A stretch of 21,702 nucleotides of DNA, from the NCBI GenBank assembly GCA_037137535.1, contig JBAXKC010000042.1, forward strand, positions 1-21,702. The letters run 5' to 3'. The notes beneath the pieces are model-generated. The model was given only the letters and a program-made list of their open reading frames with translations, had not been told where the DNA came from and did not search any database. The position numbers were made by a program, and so were the translations under genes. The stretch is from a bacterium (GTDB lineage Bacteria > Cyanobacteriota > Vampirovibrionia > Gastranaerophilales > JBAXKC01). Of the stretch, positions 19,201 through 21,702 are shown piece after piece; the stretch's first letter is position 1; every line of letters starts with the position of its first letter.

Positions 19201-19728
19201 AATACAAATGAAGAACTGTTGAGAATAGTCAATAATATCTTAATGGTTTATCATTATGAATCAGGTAAAAATCTTCTTAATACAGAACCTAATGATATAA
19301 GGGAAATTATTGAATATTCCGTACGTTCGATGCAGCCACTTGCATTAGCTCAAAATTCTTATATAGACATTAATTTAGAAGAAAAAATGCCTTTTGTTTT
19401 GGCAAATAAAGATGAAATAATTAGAGTAATAATTAATTTGATCAGCAATGCAATAAAACATAATCACTCTGAAACAAATATAATTGTTTCAGCAAGAAAA
19501 GCAAAAGAATATATTGAGATTTCGATAAAAGACAACGGTAAGGGCATACCAGATGATGCCAGAGATAAAATATTTCAAAGGTATCCAACTCAAAAACGTC
19601 AAATAGGGACTGGACTTGGATTATATTTATCTAAACAAATAGTTGAAGCTCATAATGGTAAAATTTGGTTTGAAACAAAAGAAGGAGAAGGAACAACGTT
19701 TTGTTTTACACTGCCGGTTTTAAATTAA
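16294..19728 (+). CDS. Membrane sensor histidine kinase (MASE3-like TM domain, HAMP, 3 GAF, HisKA, HATPase), upstream of kaiBC
   Basis: GTG start; HVLLEI...GGFL...LELHH...FP pattern in the TM region; HAMP (NPIE...DEIGLLA); three GAF-like repeats; H-box TLTHDLRSP, N-box NLISNAIKH, DNGKGI, GTGLGL. Confidence 0.92.
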   Translation: MNKTIRIYLLIAMIIAGMFFFTGFISQTYAFNFIFIYKTHVLLEILTVILLLLIFIKVNSLFNKSHNAKAALIAGGFLSGFLLELHHLIAAKSFPYDVLSLNNALDNPDLFYILIGRLFIPICLFSSIFFDFKQNETEQKKLRNKIYIGFLFSTFIIIFLDYMFNHYLLSFVKPHIGKMVIFSNSLEVINNAIYLLIAFIFLDMKIEKKLNIASFLIAGLLVFGTEQLFFLVPLTQNGIFGFFTHIVKIIGFILIYLGIEDAIKPSFYLFKHKLISYLSLFLIMSYFIFVSLTSTLFNLVFPAFSSFLFLESFIFSIIIQYKLLENFVNPIENIILGISKYKPEEEFKKIQIESNDEIGLLAEDINYLIESNQKYIKELILNQKKEIKNSAKQELLRKLSNQIRSELDINLIKQRFVFEYGKILGAQRSFFCEYDLYKKNFLPPDEYSEYLDNPTVLSIKKADSAFLNQFLSLFNEISLKKKIVILNSEDYIKEFNFKNKAEELNFKKYKISSAIILPLIFKNQLYGAYYYDFDRENAFEEDEMKFTELLIEQAAIAIHQSKLLIYFKKIAEREAFLKLITNKILMASSIEESMYSLSKEIAELFNAEKTCLRMFDPVSKGFMDSIAEYNTSKDHSCACCKIKDYKIFDDFIKEELFSNNQSIIIDNIDKSDFSEKIKAIFKKINFFSGIIFPIRYLDNPIAIIIISNSAENKNFKKDNYELLIPLSEQIGISARLFQLNENLTNSLNAEKLIKDLIIEARELEDPTVIINTLLQRMKALFHSDKALTLSIDKANKISINNLIDDTYTDKLFFDDSVDARYIISYFKKHPQEALTINNVELEIDNISFKDYLIKNDIKAFIAYRINISSNQKEVQPTVKNIIMICSNTTKNWKSEDIETFKMIVNSGEIILFQIMQKIEIEDTKKTFLATLTHDLRSPIYAEQKALEFIISRKGETPLSDFCEYLQDIYNTNEELLRIVNNILMVYHYESGKNLLNTEPNDIREIIEYSVRSMQPLALAQNSYIDINLEEKMPFVLANKDEIIRVIINLISNAIKHNHSETNIIVSARKAKEYIEISIKDNGKGIPDDARDKIFQRYPTQKRQIGTGLGLYLSKQIVEAHNGKIWFETKEGEGTTFCFTLPVLN

Positions 19729-19819
19729 GTTTGAAATAAATTATCGTATTAGGCTATACAAATAAAGCAGATACTAAGAGAAAATAGAGTTATATAAAAT
19801 TATCCGAATAGGTACTTAT

Positions 19820-20095
19820 ATGGAAAATAAATATATTTTTAAGCTCTACGTATATGGGCATTCAAGTGAATGCGATTTGGCTTTGTATAATTTAAAAAAT
19901 ATTTGCAAAAAGCATCTTAACAATAATTATGAAATTCAGTTAATTGATATAGAAGAATATCCTAATCAATCAGAAGAAGCGAGGCTTATTGCTTTGCCTA
20001 CACTGATCAAGGAATCGCCTTCCCCTATAAGAAGAATTATAGGCAATTTGGAAGATGAAGAGAAAGTTCTTTTAAAATTGGGCTTAAAATTTTGA
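19820..20095 (+). CDS. kaiB: KaiB family protein
   Basis: YIFKLYVYG, IDI...P, IALPTLIK..PSPIRRIIGNL...EKVL align without gaps to cyanobacterial KaiB (LKLYVAG...[22 protein letters not shown]). Confidence 0.95.
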   Translation: MENKYIFKLYVYGHSSECDLALYNLKNICKKHLNNNYEIQLIDIEEYPNQSEEARLIALPTLIKESPSPIRRIIGNLEDEEKVLLKLGLKF

Positions 20096-20120
20096 TTTTT
20101 TTTCAATAAGGAGTAATTTA

Positions 20121-21623
20121 ATGAAAAAATCTGATTCTAAAAAATATATTAATGAAATAAAAAAAATAAAAACACATATAGATGGCTTTGATGAAATATC
20201 TAGGGGGGGTATCCCGGAACATAGAAGCACCTTAATTGCAGGATCATCAGGGAGTGGAAAAACAATATTTTCAATACAATTTTTGGTAAACGGAATCAAT
20301 TACGAAAAGGAAAATGCTGTTTTTATTACTTTTGAAGAAAATCCTGACAGTATTTGCCAAAATATGCTTTCATTCAATTGGGATATAAAAAAGCTTATAG
20401 ATGAAAAAAAGTTTATATTAATAAACGCTTCGTCTTTGTATGATATTGATACTGTTGGCGATTATAATCTTTCCGGATTAGTTACAAGGATAGAACAGGC
20501 AATAAAATCTATTGATGCAAAAAGAATAGTTATAGATTCTTTAGGTTCACTGTTATTTCAGTTTAATAATGACCGAATAATAAGAAGAGAAGTCTTTATG
20601 TTAGCAGATAGACTTAAAGAATTCGGAGTAACTGTTTTAATGACAGCAGAAAGAACAAAAGAATATGGGGATGTTTCGCGTTACGGAATAGAAGAATTTG
20701 TAACAGACAATGTAATAATATTAAGGAATACGCTTGAAGAAGAAAAGAGAAGACGCACAATAGAGATACTAAAATACAGAGGAGCTTTTCACCAGAAAGG
20801 TGAGTATCCATATACAATACTTCCCGGTAAAGGTGTAATAGGAACCGCTTTATGTTCTATTGACTTAAATCAAGCTGTATCAAATGAAAGAATTTCATCC
20901 GGCTCTGAAAATATTGATAAAATGTGTAAAGGCGGTTTATTAAAAGGGTCAATAGTTTTAATCTCGGGTGCAACAGGAACAGGAAAAACTCTGCTGGTGA
21001 CTGAATTTATGAAAGGCGGAGCAAAAGCAGGAGAAAAAAGCATTCTTTTCGCTTTTGAAGAAAGTAAAGATCAAATTTTAAGAAATGCTATGGGTTGGAA
21101 TATTGACTATGAAAAAATGCAAAAAGACGGTTTGCTCAAAATAATAGCCTTATATCCCGAAACCATGAACCTTGAAGAACATTTAATAGAAATCAAACGT
21201 GAAATTGAAGAGTTTCAACCCTCGAGAATTGCAATAGACAGTCTTTCTGCATTAGAAAGAATTTGTACATCAAAAAGTATAAAAGAATTTGTTATCGGGC
21301 TTACAGCATATATAAAACAGAAACAAATAAGTACTATGATCACTGCTACTGCACCAACAATCATTGGAGCAAGTACAATAACCACCGCTCATATATCTAC
21401 GATAACAGATACAATTATTTTATTAAGATATTTAGAATATTTTGGAACAGTGAAAAGAGGTATGACTATTTTAAAAATGCGTGGCTCTGATCATGATAAG
21501 AGCATCAGAGAATTTACTATAGATGAAAATGGAATGAATCTAATGGGACCATTTAGAAATGTACATGGAATTTTAACGGGATTTCCAAGAGAGAGAAGCA
21601 ATCCTGAGTGCGAATCACTATAA
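20121..21623 (+). CDS. kaiC: Double-domain KaiC ATPase/autokinase
   Basis: RBS AAGGAG; two Walker A motifs (GSSGSGKT, GATGTGKT); catalytic EE pairs (FEEN, FEES); RYGIEEFVTDNVIILRN; phosphosite motif HISTITDTII; KMRGSDHDKSIREF. Confidence 0.97.
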   Translation: MKKSDSKKYINEIKKIKTHIDGFDEISRGGIPEHRSTLIAGSSGSGKTIFSIQFLVNGINYEKENAVFITFEENPDSICQNMLSFNWDIKKLIDEKKFILINASSLYDIDTVGDYNLSGLVTRIEQAIKSIDAKRIVIDSLGSLLFQFNNDRIIRREVFMLADRLKEFGVTVLMTAERTKEYGDVSRYGIEEFVTDNVIILRNTLEEEKRRRTIEILKYRGAFHQKGEYPYTILPGKGVIGTALCSIDLNQAVSNERISSGSENIDKMCKGGLLKGSIVLISGATGTGKTLLVTEFMKGGAKAGEKSILFAFEESKDQILRNAMGWNIDYEKMQKDGLLKIIALYPETMNLEEHLIEIKREIEEFQPSRIAIDSLSALERICTSKSIKEFVIGLTAYIKQKQISTMITATAPTIIGASTITTAHISTITDTIILLRYLEYFGTVKRGMTILKMRGSDHDKSIREFTIDENGMNLMGPFRNVHGILTGFPRERSNPECESL

Positions 21624-21702
21624 GTGTTTCCCATAATTTGGCCAAAAAAAAGAATCCATAAATAATTTTGTGTAAACCTCCGAGAAAATGTATAGTAGAA
21701 AC

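Noticed and set aside
16294-19728. Calling the kinase SasA or CikA
   Set aside because: No N-terminal KaiB-like domain and no C-terminal pseudo-receiver; it is a polytopic membrane protein.
20084-21490. Short ORFs 20084-20299, 20614-20817 and 21263-21490
   Set aside because: They overlap kaiC in antisense or alternative frames and carry no motifs.
21588-21702. Frameshift in the (GA)n run restoring a longer KaiC tail, or a downstream gene
   Set aside because: Alternative plus frames stop quickly and do not resemble the KaiA-binding tail; the remaining bases are too few to call a gene.
1-21702. CRISPR array, tRNA/rRNA, riboswitch, IS element or prophage
   Set aside because: No spaced direct repeats, RNA gene signatures, or transposase/integrase/phage ORFs seen by eye; a covariance-model scan was not possible.

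Overview
AT-rich bacterial chromosomal window with 12 complete genes and no RNA genes, CRISPR arrays or mobile elements that I can support. Left to right: two translationally coupled, distantly related hypothetical membrane proteins that share an Asn/Gln/Ser-rich leader ending in [VL]-S-F-x-G; a transmembrane chemoreceptor with a C-terminal CZB zinc-binding domain and a perfect FNR-type box upstream; a nifU-nifS Fe-S assembly operon with an IscR-like operator; uvrB; an operon of a solute-binding protein and a multi-TM/HAMP/3xGAF histidine kinase; a small membrane protein; an orphan MalK/MsmK-type ABC ATPase; and a paralogous MASE3-like/HAMP/3xGAF histidine kinase directly upstream of kaiB-kaiC, with no kaiA in the window. 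The KaiC keeps the S/T phosphosites but has a substituted A-loop and a truncated KaiA-binding tail, and the KaiB has no Gly at the fold-switch position. This suggests a KaiA-independent timer or switch linked to a membrane kinase carrying an unusual HxCxCC motif. The host is inferred, not proven, to be a non-photosynthetic relative of cyanobacteria (Vampirovibrionia/Melainabacteria, Gastranaerophilales-like). All domain calls come from reading motifs by eye; no searches were run.
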